A stretch of 44,718 nt of DNA from Bigelowiella natans CCMP2755 (Eukaryota; Protista; Cercozoa): the NCBI GenBank assembly GCA_000320545.1, contig ADNK01000196.1, positions 1 through 44,718 on the forward strand, given 5' to 3'. Below the pieces are notes generated by a model. It searched no databases. It was not told where the DNA came from and was given only the letters and a program-made list of their open reading frames with translations. Both the position numbers and the translations under genes were made by a program. Of the stretch, positions 11,285-29,213 are shown one piece after another; positions within the stretch are counted from its first letter, which is position 1; every line of letters starts with the position of its first letter.

Positions 11285-12998
11285 TGCATCTCCTCCCCTT
11301 AACCGAGACGTTAAGAGAAGAAAAGGTGCAGCCTTCGCTCTGTTCCCGGCAAGGAGAAATCTAGTGTCATCACAACAACTACTCCTACTACTACTACTAC
11401 TACTCCTGCAGTGTTGGCGTAGTCCATCATCTAGAATCCCAACAGTAGTGGTAGTGGTAGTAGTAGTTGCACATGCTCCGACTTTATGATGATGATCAGT
11501 GCTGTTGCTGCTAATATTCATAGTGCCATAATGTAGTAATTATTAGGGTTAAACTACCAACAGAACAATGTTTCATCATGAGTTGTTGTTGCAGGGTATG
11601 TAGTAGACGACATACATCATTTAAACAACACCTACTACTTCGCATACTAGCCAAAGAGGAGCTCATCATATTTTAACAAACCCACCTCGATAGGCAGCAG
11701 AACACAACCGCACAGGCGATAGTTACTACAATTGTGATCTTCCCCAGGACTGAGGATTTGGTTTTCTGGTAATAAGCTTTATCGTAGAGGAATTTTCTCG
11801 ATTTCGGAATGTGAACGTCATTATCCCGAAAGCCAGCATTAATTTTTTCATAAGTTGTGGGTATCATTGTTATAAATTTCCAAAATGCCAACCTATTTTT
11901 AATTATTTAAATCAGCCACTGATTTCCGTTTTCTCCGACTCCTCGTTCTACGCCCCCAACTAATCCGTAAGTATCATTCAACTACCTTTACGTACTGGAT
12001 CCAAACAATGCGATTATCAAGCTCTGTAATTTGCCTGAATTTTTTCTCTGCGTCGACCAATGTCCTCGTTGTTGCAGTTCACCTCGTGTCTCCTATTGTT
12101 CTGCTTCCCTCTCTCTCTCTCCTGCTCCTTACAGACGACGTTGATAATTCGCAAGTTGCTCACGCACCGAGTCCGCCGCCTCTTCTTCGAGAGTTGTGTT
12201 AATTAAACTTTTCTGACGCATGGCAGATAATATCATATATTTCCCAAGTACGACATCAAGGATGTGCAAAATATTGCTAGAAAGGGCTCTTCGAAAGATC
12301 GGAGAGAGAATTATGAAGAAAAAGTGGTCCTCCTGGTTGTTCCGAGCACAAATTTTGATGTCGCAATGTCATTATTGGGGGAGTAGATTTCACAGATTTC
12401 ACAGCTTCTCTAACATATTTATTTGGTGGATCCAGCCCTGGATATTTTAATTTATTCCAAATATTCGTATGTCGTAGGCATAGAATACCGAACCCGGTAT
12501 TCAATTAAAGCCAAAAAACAATTTCTTTTCTTTTCTCACTGATTTCGTTTGGAAAATGAGCTAGATTCGCTGTTGGCCCCGGGGAATCCGAGAATGTATG
12601 GGGATCCCTACTTTACCGGTTGTGCGACAACGAGAAAGAACCGTGCGAACCGGAGGTCAAATTTAGGAGAATTTTGCTTAAATGTTGCTTTTTCGTGGAA
12701 ATCAGGGAACAGCCCTCATCAATGCCAGGCGGCCCTTTTAAAAAAAAATGGTCACATTTCCCTTGTGCGTCATGTTCCATTAGCATCTATCACGAAAGAT
12801 GGGATCAAATTTGGGATTGTTGGAGTTGTGAAGTGCCGGCCTATAAGTCTTAATCTAGCTTGCACCTAGCTGGAATCCCCTCCCCAATAATCGCATATAT
12901 CTCTTAGCTGCCTGATGAAGAAATACATGTTAATGGGGAGGAGATGATAATTGTCCGACGAGCTCGTAGTACTGTACAAGAAAAAGTACGGTGAAGGA

Positions 12999-13247
12999 AT
13001 GAAGACTTTAAGCTCCACATCATCTTTGAAGAAAACATCTCAAGTACCTAAGACTCCCAATGGCGACTATGTATTCGACACGTCAAGGTTTGGGCTTCTC
13101 GGCCGTGGCGCCCATGCTGTCGTTGTGCGTGCGCGCCATAATGTCACCGGTAATTGAGGGCATTTGTAGACCTATAATGATAAATCATTCGCCAAGAAAA
13201 GGAAATTAATCACCATATTTCGCACTTAGAATTATTAATTACACACG

Positions 13248-13291
<44 letters not shown>

Positions 13292-13329
13292 GCACGCACG
13301 CACGCTCACACACGCAAACAGACACACAT

Positions 13330-13370
<41 letters not shown>

Positions 13371-13424
13371 ATGACACATGTTCTCATTACACGACAATCA
13401 CCTGTCGTGTAATGAAACTAGTCG

Positions 13425-13471
<47 letters not shown>

Positions 13472-14529
13472 TTTGTATACTGTGTGGATGATAACAACAT
13501 ACATGAGTGCATCGTATGATACTCCCATTAAGTGTAATAATTAAAGAATGTAGTAAATGCGTGCCAATTTGTTGGTTAATTCATTGCTGTACATCCATTC
13601 TTTCGGCCTTCTGTTCCATTTTTTTAGCATTTCGTTGTATCATCTTAAGTATAAGTTGTTATCAGTGTCATATCGTCCTGATATTTGTAGTATCGATGAT
13701 TCATTTTTTTATTTTTTCTCTCACGCCATCATGAGTCCGATCTTCGTTATTCATTTTAGGAAAGGCCGTAGCAGTCAAGATTGTAAACAAAAATTATGAC
13801 CCAGGAGAAGCACACCTTCTCATGCAACTTCATCATCCAAATATTGTACGCATGTTCGGTATCCAACGTGATGAGAAGCGGATGTATTTCATCTCTGAAC
13901 TTTGCAGGGGTGGCGAGTTATTCGGTACTACATCAGTAGATAGTTGAGGAATGTGAGGGAAGCATTCTTATAACCTCCTCTCTCTGAGATCAATCATATG
14001 TTGTTGTTATTGTATGTGCCAACACCACCAGCAACAGCACATCGTAGATAAATAGTTAAACCACCTCTACCATTATCATTACTACTACCACTTATGCTAG
14101 TAATAATCAGCAGCCTTTATTGCAAAGAATATATATTATACACTACTACTGCTGCTGCTAATACTACCACTGCATCATCGTCAGATTCAGATTTGGTTGC
14201 AGAGCATGAGCTCATCATCATCATCTTCTTCTTTTTCTTCTTACAACCCTGATACTACTCCTACTACTACCAAATCATCATCATTTTCAGATTTGATTGC
14301 AGAACATGGACCCTTACCCTTGGGGCTTGCTAAGCATATATCTAGACAGTTATGTGAAGGCATTGCATATCTACACGGCAGAGGCGTTACGCACTGGGAT
14401 TTAAAGCCTGAAAATCTGCTCCTTACTGAAGCATTTCAAATCAAGATTGCTGACTTCGGGTTTGCTGTTTTGGGGACTGATAGCATGCCAGAACGTCCAA
14501 GAGGTACAAGTAGAAGTAGTAGTGATACC

Positions 14530-14562
<33 letters not shown>

Positions 14563-14832
14563 CATCAGTTGTGGGAGAGCAGTTGCGGCAAGCAGAAGTA
14601 CTGCTAGAACGTAATAAAAATAATAATGCCATAACGACGACGCCTAATTGACAAACGATGCCACACCACTAACTACTGCCACTATTACTACTATAACTAC
14701 TACTACTACTGCAGCTGCTACTCTTTCTATTTGCATATCACTATTACGTCATAAGTAGTGCTGATTCTGGGTGCCGCTCATATCTAAATCATGATCATCA
14801 TCACCGTCAAAAATATCACCATCACCATCAGT

Positions 14833-14865
<33 letters not shown>

Positions 14866-15222
14866 TTTTTATCATGAAAGCTTAATGATCCTAACTCCCC
14901 CTCAGGAACTATTCCATACATGGCTCCAGAATTTGTTCAGATTTGGAGATTTAGGTAACATATCTTCTACTGTTGCCAAACAAACAAAGCAGCAAGTTAC
15001 TGCTAATACTAGCACCGATTGGGTAGTAGTAGGAAAAAGAAAAAAGGAGGTGCTGTTGGTTTGTTATACGTTCATTCGTCGATAGCAAGAATATTTGATT
15101 CATCGAGCAGATGAAAGAATGGATAAAGGGGAGATGGTTGTAGTAGTAGTAGTAGTATATGGGTAATCAGATAATAGAGAAATCGTCGAGAGGATGTTGA
15201 AATCCTGTGTCACTAATACATC

Positions 15223-15279
<57 letters not shown>

Positions 15280-18271
15280 ACAGTGTGTGTGTCCAACACG
15301 CTGTGGATGTGTCTCTGTAGCGGGATCTTGATAATGTGTATCGGCTATTGTTTTTTATGATGATGATATAGACGACAAAGCCGAGATCGGTCTTCATCAG
15401 TCACTGGATCATCATCATCATCATCATCATCATCATCGTTATTATCAGCATCATTATCCTCTCGTCACAACGGCAGCAGCGGCAATGACATACGGCCACT
15501 GGCAGCAGAAACAACAATGACGATGGTAGATAGTAGCTCTTGCAGCAGCAGCAGAGAAAACAAACTTGAGATCACGACTGGAGATAGTAAGTCTTCGGGA
15601 AAGAACAACTTGCTATCAGAAACTTCTGCTTTGAGGAAGCAGCAGCAGCAGAAACGTCAAGCAGACAATCAAAACGACATCACCTTAAGTAGTAAGAATA
15701 ATACTAGTGCTTTTAGTATTACTAAAAAACAACACCAGCAACACCAACAAGCACTAGACCCCCAGAGAGCTGATATGTGGAGCATAGGAATCGTGATGCA
15801 CTGCATCTTAGCAGGAACATTTCCTTTCACTTCGCCTACTGAAGCAGACCGGAACTTTCGACTGCATAAGCAGAATGCATGGAAACCATCTTTCCCAGAG
15901 GAGGTACGTAATAGCTTATTATGGACTATTGTACTACTGCTACTACTACTACTACTAACATTTTTGTGTGCTGGTTGCCATATGATGCATGCAAGTAGTG
16001 GTGTGCGGTGATATCAACGATAATATGATTCTGGCTGGTGCTATTCTTCTCTATCTTCACATTATTTTTCATGAAGAACAGTAGTGTACACAGCTGGAAT
16101 TACAGCTAATTTTGAGATATTGTGTTTATACACATAATGTGTGTGTGTGTATCAGGATGACGATTGCATAAAGTTGGTGTTAAAGTTACTGGAAATCGAT
16201 CCTTTTAAGCGTCCAAAAGCAGGGGTACACTTATTTTGCATTATCGTGTGATGGTGATGGTGATGATGATGATGATGATGATGGTTATGATGGTCGTGGC
16301 GGTGATAGTGCTGCTCTTACAATAGATTCATAATGCAAACAGCTTGCATTACCATCTAGTGTTTCACTATTGACAGCTGCTGTTTGAATATACTGCTTCT
16401 TGTTAGGAATGTCTGGATTCTCAATGGTTACGATTAAAACCTACAAAGGTAAGTATCTAAGATGAAAAATAAATAAATGTCTAAAGGAATATAAGCTGCA
16501 TCAGATCTGTTATTATATGAATGACGATGCGATTATGACGACGACGACGATGATGATAATGAGCAGACTGCTGAGGAGATGCTGAAAAATATCAACAAAG
16601 AAAAAACACAGATAGAGAATCATGCAGAGGAGGGAGTGCAGGAAAGAGCAGCGGTAGTATCTAAAGCGGCGGCGGCGACGACGACGACGACTACTACTGC
16701 TACTGTAGGGATGAAGAGACAACGACGACAAATCGTTCGTGATGATGACGAAGAAACAATGGAAAATAATGATAATCATCATCATAGTAGCAATGGGTCT
16801 GCTGCTGATGGTGAAACTAATGGGGAAACGATTCACCAGCAAGGTTTGTAATAGTGACGGTATTCAGAAAGAAGAAAAAGAAAGGGAAAACATCGAATAG
16901 AATTATCACTGAATGAAAAACAATGCTTACTATTGCAGCAATAATCTAATTTAGAGAAAAAGAGACGACTTGGCGGCTATGTGGCATGTAAATGTGAGAC
17001 ACCTCTCGCTGCTTTGGCTGTGGAGATAGAAGAAGAACAGAAAGCCATGACGGCAGGAGCCATAAAAGCAGCGGCAGCAGCACCGACGCCAACAATCAGA
17101 GAAGGGAAAGGAGAGCCACGAAAGGGGGATTTCACTACTGCTGATACTCATACTACAATCGACGACTCAAAAGAGAAGCAGTTTCAGGTTAATGAAAAGA
17201 AATATCAAGTATAAAAAGTGACAATGATGATGATGAAAATGATGATGATGAAAATGATGATGATGAAAATGATGATGATGATGATGGGATGATGGACGAT
17301 GCTTATTAAAATCAAACAGACGATGAGGATGGTTCAAATGTAAAAATAAAGTTTACGTTGTTAAATGATTATGATGCTGCTTCGATTTAAGATAATCATA
17401 TTTGATGATTGATGATGCAACAATTATGCAGAATTCTAGCTCAGAGACCTCCCCGTTATATCATAATTCTGCTCATGGAGATTGTCAAGGAGAAGAGGAG
17501 GGAGGGAGAAAAACAGGGGACAGGCCTACTACAAAAGCTCCTCCCACCACTGCCACTAAATCCTCAAATCCAAGAAATGAAAAACATCTGCCGGTCAAGA
17601 GGCTCGGTTGGATCTTACCAGGGAAATCAGTCGAGAAATCCAATAAATTCTTGGATCAGATCGGACAAGCAGTTGCTGAAATTGGATTCGATGCTGAACT
17701 AGACACGGACGATTTCTTCGTTGTTGGAAGAGACAACGAAACAGATCAGGACATGTTCATCGTCACTCTTTTTGAGCAACAAGTCAAGGTGATGATCTTG
17801 GCGGTATTTGCACCACCCACTATTTTAGTGGAACTATTACTACCCACTACCTCGGGAAGAGATGTCCTTGTGGTTGTTGGTTTCATGGGTGTGATGCTGT
17901 TGCTGCTATTCCCGCAATTGCTGCGGTCAGAACCAACGCTGGCGTGTATGTACACTGCATCTTCTTCTGAATATCCTCTCCTTTGTAGGGTAAAGAATCC
18001 AATTTACTTCTCGACGTACAGCGATTAAACCTGCCCCCATTGGATTTTAATGAAGTTTATAGAAGTTTGAGGTAGAAGCACCTTGTGAAATCATGTACAC
18101 TGTGTACATTCCAATTAGTCAAAGCATACTGTTTACTCAAAAGTAAGAAAATGGGTATATTCAAGCAATAGATTTATGACGCACATTGTTAACTTGTTCT
18201 GAAACATCTGAATTAGGTTGGCGTTGAAAGATTTAAACCAGTGGAACGGTCATATGATGGCAAGCAGTTGA
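12999..18271 (+). CDS. Ser/Thr protein kinase, CAMK/SNF1/Chk1-like, with a KA1-like C-terminal domain; ~12 exons
   Basis: Spliced motifs LGRGAHAVV, VAVK, HPNIV, ELCRGGELFD, HWDLKPEN, DFG, GTIPYMAPE, DMWSIG, LLEIDPFKRP; tail LLLDVQRLNLPPLDFNEVYRSLR. Exons include 12999-13149, 13760-13924, 14291-14503, 14906-14954, 15372-15903 and 16156-16224; stop at 18269-18271. Confidence 0.88.
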
Positions 18272-19453
18272 AAGGGTTACCTCATTTGTGTAAAATTTAT
18301 GTCATATGAGATGTCTTTGATTGGCATTGCTAGATTGTAACGCGCGTTTCATTGTGGTTTTGTGCGGCACCACCCTTGTATGAATGCTAGAAAGTAATTT
18401 AAGTGAACATTTTGGTTAGTGCAATGCAATGTCGCTCTAAATCAGAGAAGAGCAGCTTGGCTAGCTTGGGTGCATGATGGGCATGTGATGCTTCAAAGTT
18501 AAACATGCCATTTGCAACAATGTGTGATGCCAACAAATTTCATGCACCTGCGCTGTAGTAGGAGTCACACCTCTAGACCTCATTGCAGCAATGTGTTGTT
18601 GAGTTGGTCGATTCTCGAAGCCTAGAAGCCACTGCTAGACTGTTGTGCTGGTGTGCTGGTGAAAGTCTAGAAGTGCAGCAGGTCCATCTGCAAAGTTGCA
18701 ATGCTAGAATGATCCAGAGACACCCTGAATGCAGTATCGCAGTGAAATGGTGCACATCTAGTATACTAGATGGACATGCTGTGTCAACACATGGTTTTAT
18801 TGCGATGCTCTGCTAGTGCTGGATGTAGTCCTCATCCCAATGGTCCAGTGGTGGAAGTTGCTAGCTAGCTAGCTAGCTAGCTTGCTAGTAGCTTGGAATG
18901 TTGGAGATGATCTGATCGATTGTTCTAGCATTCGCTTGATTGTGTCGGTCTGTCGGACTTTAGGACTAGCATAGCGGAGCTCGACTTTCAATGCCATGCA
19001 CCATCGATCGCATCGCTAGCATCGCATCCAAGACTAGAAGTCTGTGAGCAGGCATGTGCGACTTGCTGCACAACAACAAATCACCCAGCGCAGAGCGTAG
19101 CTCTCAGGCTAGCAGGTGTGCACATCTAGACATTGAAATCGAGCTTGTCGATCAATCTGCTAGCTAAGTCATCTGCCAGTTCGTTGGGCTTAGCTAGCTA
19201 GGGCTGCTCTGGCAGCTGGACTGCGCCAGTCTAGCAGTGCACTGAACAGCTAGACAGGAGCGAGTGATGGCTCACATGTGAGCTCTGCTAGACGGATGCG
19301 TCGTCATGAGCATCAGTAGCGTGTTTCATCCGTTTAGCGTGATATGTGGGATAATCAATAAACGGAACGATTATTAGCACTACAGTAATCTAACTTGATG
19401 TAATGACGAAATAATAGATCCATTGTGCATTCGACTGTTGGATTTCTGCTTCT

Positions 19454-22991
<3,538 letters not shown>

Positions 22992-23803
22992 GATGAAAAT
23001 ATAAACAGCCTTTGGCTAACTTCGCCGTACTTAGAAATTTAGATGCTTAATTGTTATGATTTGTTTGATACTTCCGTAACAATAATAGGGAACTCTCGCA
23101 GGCACCCTTAGGTTTTGATGGATGTGGTGAGTAATCGATCAAACCTTCCGCTCTCCTAGCTATTGTCTCCCTTCCTCTCGTTAATTTGTTGAGGGTGTAA
23201 TGTAGTAATGGACGAACGAACAATGCGAAGATGACAAAGCTTGGAGAAGAGAGTGAGCAGCAGACGAATAACTTGTGCTTGCCACGTTAAGATTAATTTA
23301 CGACCATGAACGCCTTAGAAAGGTCAGATCTCATCTGTTTCTTGCAGCTTGCAGGAAGAAAGCCTGACTCAGTGCAGTTTTGGGACAGCGTTCATCAACT
23401 AAAATTGTAGCCAGTTGAATTGTGTCAAACACAATCTTACGATAGATATCGATTCATTTATAACGACACACAAAATATTATGTCGCACCCAAGGTATTAT
23501 CACGATATTGTTGGTGATGTACCGCTGAGGCACAAGGACACATCGCCTAAAAGCATTGTAAAACCCTATGACGACATATCTGTATCATCGCATAAAAATG
23601 AAGTCGTACGACTCGCAATGATGCGCAGCACATGGATAACAATAGCAACGACAACACTTCTTTCCTAAAAACGATGCAGTCTCGTGGAAAATTCTGTTCT
23701 GCACTTGAAACATCTACAGGATGCGATTAGATCTAGATCTACAGGGTATTCACTTAAAACGACTTGTTGCTTGGCCAAACCCAGGATTTGGTAATTGCAA
23801 ATT

Positions 23804-24545
23804 CTAGTTAGTTATTCTGTTCGCGTCCTTGACTTCGTCGCACAAAGAGTCTTGATTTGTCGCTTGGCATTGGTGTTTACTGGTTCGTTTGACTTCCTCT
23901 TCCACACCAATATCTATAACAAAAACAACAAGAATCATAGTCTAAATATTGTTAAAAGTTTTATTTAGAAGTTTTGGTATTGAAATATTTACCAATTTTG
24001 TTACTTTTACTGTGCCACAACAACGCAATGGGCATGGTGGGACAGCAGTGACGACAAGAAGATGAAGTGGTTTCCCCTTTTGCCAACTCTTGCCATCCTC
24101 ACAATCATTCATACGAACATCAGCGATTACTCACCAAGGGAGCTCAGTATCAAAGCCACGGTGAGCAGTAAAACGGCAAAAACAAGTTTTGGTCATTTCA
24201 GGAAAAGGATTGTTTCCCCTTTTATCACCATCTCCCCGCCTCGACATTCTTCTCGTGTCACAAACACGGAGGCCCGTTTTTCTTCAATCCCACATGTTGG
24301 GTTCGTTGAAAACGAATCAGATTCTGCACAGATAGTCAATATTTCGGCCTACATTAGGGAAAGGAAAGGTAAAGCCGTAGAGGGGTACTTGCTTCATGTT
24401 CGACTTAAATGTTACTAAATATCTAAGAAGGTTAGATGCGTGAGGTGTGGCGCTCATTTGCTTAGCATTGGCACTATTTTTGTTGTGGTTGATAGGGAAT
24501 GTGTCTTCATTGTTGGATTCGGTCTTCACCAACATCACGCAGCCT
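23804..24545 (-). other. Putative spliced minus-strand unit (short ORF or lncRNA), function unknown
   Basis: Plausible minus-strand acceptors (~24546, ~24349, ~23934) and donors (TTG|gtgagt ~24134, ACA|gtaaaa ~24010). Only short ORFs with no recognisable domain. Confidence 0.25.
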
Positions 24546-25165
24546 GGAGATACTTTTGGGAAAGATGGAGGAGGGGTAACTTTAGAATAATATGTTTTAT
24601 TAACAGAAGCTCAAACATAGTCATGTATCTATGGTTCAAACAGTATTAGCAGAAGCGGGAAGCATGTTGTTGAGCTTCTTATGGTTGTTGGTGCAATAGG
24701 ATCCGAACAATTATTGTCATTACCACCTTAACTACTCGTAATTATCTCTCTCAGAATGACGACGATGGTTGGTTTCGGGGAAATATGAGAGGAGGCAGTG
24801 GTAGCTAGCGGCACAATCCAGCAGAATACATTCAGGCTGCTTGACCTTATAGTTATAGAACTAAGCTATTATTATTTGCAAGAGGCAGCAGCTCTACTTA
24901 GTTGTTCTTTTCTGATGCACGTTATCCTCTACATCCTTGCATTGTTATCATCCCCATATCACCATCATTATTATCTACGGTAGGCGAGTGGGTGGATGAT
25001 GCATCACCAAAGCTAGCAGCACTCCTCTTTGTGAACCGATCATGGTAATTAACGATGACGATGATGATGATGATGATGATGATGATCATGGGGCAATTGT
25101 TAGGTGGGTGCACATGGTATGAAAGCGGTATAGGGAGAAACCGATGATGATATTTCGTTCCGCCA

Positions 25166-26145
25166 ATGTTCTATTCATCAACCTCTAAAAGAAATATGTT
25201 GTTTGAAAGGGATGTAGATGGTACCATCACTCAGCTTCAACAAACGCCACCCCTTAGTCGAGAATCTATCGAAAATGATATCAGAAAAGCATATGGATCC
25301 TTAAAAGATGACTTTCGGCTCCTTCATCGCAACTTCACCGTGCTGATCCTCAAACCCTGCGTAAGTAAAGTGGAGGAACTTCTTCCTGATAGGGTAATAC
25401 TACTACTACTACTACTAATAATAATAATAATAATGATAATAGCAGCAGTGATAATATAAAAAGGAATAGAGCTGCTACTACATAGTAGTTATTTCGATGA
25501 TGTCATGCAATAGACTACTACTACACCACTTACTTATTACGTCCTCTGTTACATCCTTTGTGATGATGGATTGATTGATGATCACAAAATTAGTATTAAT
25601 CTTCACATAAATCAGTAGTAATCCATAGTTGTTCTCCAAAAGGTGAAGGAAATACGCAGCAGCAAGTTTGTAGGATGGATCCAAGCCTATGGGAGGTAAT
25701 GTCACTTAATAATTATATACATATTGTAAAACTATTACATGATCTCTATGAAGCATATTAAGTTTTTGCCTTCGTTCTTCTACGAAACTCCTCCTCCCTA
25801 TATCCTAATTGATTTGTTTTTAAACAAAAAATGGTGGTTACTACGATTAATGATGATTATTATTATATGCGTGTTTTTCAGGGAAGCAAATACAGAAATA
25901 AAATCAGTGGTTGGAATGATAAAGGAGTATATGATGTCCTTTTCTTCTTCCATGTCCTCCTCCTCCTCATCATCATCAAGATATCATCTTGGAAGAATTT
26001 GGAACGGATTTAGGAATAATGATAATAATGATGATGATGATGAGTCTCCTCTATTATTAGATGGTGGTTGTTATTCTTCCACCACCTCTAATCATCATCA
26101 TCATATTGACAACAAGAAGATGCATCAGCCCCATTGGCTTCCTAT

Positions 26146-26185
<40 letters not shown>

Positions 26186-26190
26186 AAGAG

Positions 26191-26225
<35 letters not shown>

Positions 26226-26611
26226 GCAACACATCTCCTACTACTACTATCGATGACCTAACAAACGTGATGATGGTGCCAACAGTAGAAACACCAACAA
26301 CAGAACATGCTTCCGCTGCCTGTGATAAAAATAGTGTAGGAGGAGGAGGAGGAGGCCAAGACTCATCATCATCATCATCATCATCAGAAGCAAAACCAAC
26401 TACTCCTTTCCTCCGAATGTCATCAACAACCACGACAACATCATCCGAAACAACAATGGGTACTGCTGCTGGTGGCGGTGGTGTTTATGATGAGCTTATT
26501 CATCAAAGGAGCAACTACTGCTATCTCTACAATAATAATAATAATAATAAGGTAGTAGCAGTAGTAGTAAATAGTGGCCATTTACTTGTAGTTTTAAATC
26601 ATGATGTATGA
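25166..26611 (+). CDS. Hypothetical low-complexity protein; exon structure unresolved
   Basis: Exon-like segments at ~25166-25393, ~25629-25695 and from 25882 with GT/AG borders; Q/T/S/D-rich ORF 25739-26611. I could not make all phases consistent. Confidence 0.3.
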
Positions 26612-26845
26612 TGATTATGATGATGACAATGTGCTACAAGTGGTGGTAATGTATAGGGACGAGAACATCTTAACAGCTACAAACTACCTGTTTCTTCTTT
26701 TACTCCTCTATTTGTTGTAAAATTGTATTTATTCCTTTTATTATTATGTATAGTGTTTAATCCTCACTAAACGGACCATCTGCCTATATTTTTAAAAGTG
26801 TAGATTTCAAGATAAGCTTAAAAGATGATACACATTGTAGTGGAA

Positions 26846-26879
<34 letters not shown>

Positions 26880-28351
26880 TTTATACATCAGGGTTCTCCT
26901 CCTCCTCCTCCTCCTCCTCCCTCTGTTCCCCCTTCGGGAGCAGCAGCAGCAGCTGCAAGCGGTTCATCATCATCCATTGCCAGCAGTACCATTCATAGGT
27001 TTCCAATATCAATACGATGACTATTATCATGGTATTCGATAGCTTATTAATGCACATTTCAAAACCGCCACACGTCAGCAGTTTGACATCATACTATTGC
27101 CGCTATGCTATTACAGAGGCCGTACCCTAATTATCGGGATTAAACATTATTATTATTATTATCATTATTGTTATTATTACGATTATTATTGTGGTTGTTA
27201 TTATATTATTATCATCATCATTATGATGATTCCTTTTGTGTCCATGGTCTAGAAAAATGAAAGTAACCTCACCTTCGTTTCAAGATACAACTTGAACAAG
27301 TCTCGTCAATTGTTCATTCCCAAAGCAATCATTCAGTACCAATCACAAACACACGTCGATTATAAGTTTTCTATTAAATTTCCATGCAGCAAAATTTGCA
27401 TGTGTGCGGGTTGTGTGATGTCACAGATGTCGATGTGTAGGATTTTTACTTATCGCTCATCATTGATAACTCTGTCAATGCAGAAATGCGCCGCTGCGCA
27501 CGTACATCCGTGCACGCACACATGTGTAGCAGTCGTGGCGTCCGCATGCCACAGATAGACGTTAATTGCATGAACTAGTGCGCATGCTAGTAGAATGGAT
27601 CGACGTGTAACGGTCATGGTAGCATGCTGCATGATGATGACTATGCATCATAGCATTGACTAGTTGACGGCGTATGCCACACGACACTAACTACTGCCAA
27701 AGCAATATATTCAGGGACTATCTAGCTATGTTTGATAAAGGCCTGTGCTAGTTGTATGTGGATAATAAGATGAGATCTATCTAACTCTAGAATTGCACGT
27801 GTCCATGATGAATGTGATCGAGAGACAATGTCTAACTATTGTGCTGCTGCTGTAACCGTAGCTTGTTTTGCAGAGCGCGCACATAAGGATGATGACCGTG
27901 CAAGAAAGTCCAAATTGTTCCTTTGTTATACCCGTCTCACAGATGTGTATATCATTGCATGTACGTACGTACGCGTATTTCATTACATGTGAATGCATGC
28001 CAGCATGGCTGTCTATATATGTGCACACGTGGTGCGTAGCCGAAATAATATATGACTGTACTGTCATGCATAAAGGGCGTGCGTCACATTGTTCATTCGT
28101 GGATACATCTTTATTTTGATAAAATATCTGGCAATTTGGCAAGCCCCCTACACAATCTGCAGTAACTTTTATTTCTGGCTTATACGATGTAAAGATGCTA
28201 CTTAATAAGGTGATGAATAGCTAAATCAGACCAAAAAAATAACTTTGTCCAAATGAACACCTCATTGATTAAGACTAATTTGCGGATTTTACTAATTCTT
28301 TTGATTCGGCACACCGTCGTTAACATCGTCCTAGGGAGAGCGCACATATTT

Positions 28352-29063
28352 TCATTTCTTCTGCAATCGATTTTCTACTTCAACGATAAACGCATCCATT
28401 TGCCTTATTAGATTTGTAAATGAATATTAGTGTAGATCAAACAAACATTTGAGAGCAATTGTACTGACACAAATACTTTATACTACTATTTTTATACCCA
28501 TAAATCTTCCATGAAATAACTAATCGAATGATGATGCAGATAATATTACATTCTTATTCACCATTTCTTGTATCAACATTATCATTATCATTTTCCTCTT
28601 ATTATTCTTGCTGTTTTTAAAATACATTACGTTTGAGCCATGTAAGAGAACACCGACGAAAGCGTTGAGTATTTGATTGGATCATAAATATCGATTTGAA
28701 CTTCAAATACTACTTCTGTTACATTATCTCCTATCAATAATAAGTAATCGACAAACAAGGGCCCCCCTCAGTTATCACCAACACACTTGCTGCAGCAGCT
28801 AACTGCATTTGGCAGAGCATAAGAAGAGCATTAGTAGTAGGAGTAGTAGTAGTTAATAATGATTTCGTACTCTACTACTCAACTACTACAAGTACTACTA
28901 CTACTAATAATAATACCCTTGGGAATAAAGGTCCACACTGTGTGCATCTTATCTACCACAGACGACTCAGTACCTTTTATTATACCAGAAAAATGAGGGG
29001 GGCGGGTAAGCAGGAAGATATATCTATTGATGAAATCTAAGCATTGAAGTATTGTTTGATATT

Positions 29064-29099
<36 letters not shown>

Positions 29100-29171
29100 T
29101 CGAATCAATGACCACATCGTTAGAGGGTGTGCGTATTGTGTAACCAATATAAAAACACATCGCCATATTTT

Positions 29172-29213
<42 letters not shown>

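Noticed and set aside
11673-11891. 72-aa minus-strand ORF with a hydrophobic C-terminus upstream of Hip
   Set aside because: TTG start, no recognisable domain, no supporting exon chain.
17223-17286. 15-bp (ATGATGATGATGAAA) higher-order repeat
   Set aside because: Ordinary microsatellite-derived minisatellite within an intron.
24193-24195. In-frame TGA followed by an open hydrophobic stretch (possible selenocysteine or readthrough)
   Set aside because: No redox motif, no recognisable SECIS, and the coding status of the unit is itself doubtful.
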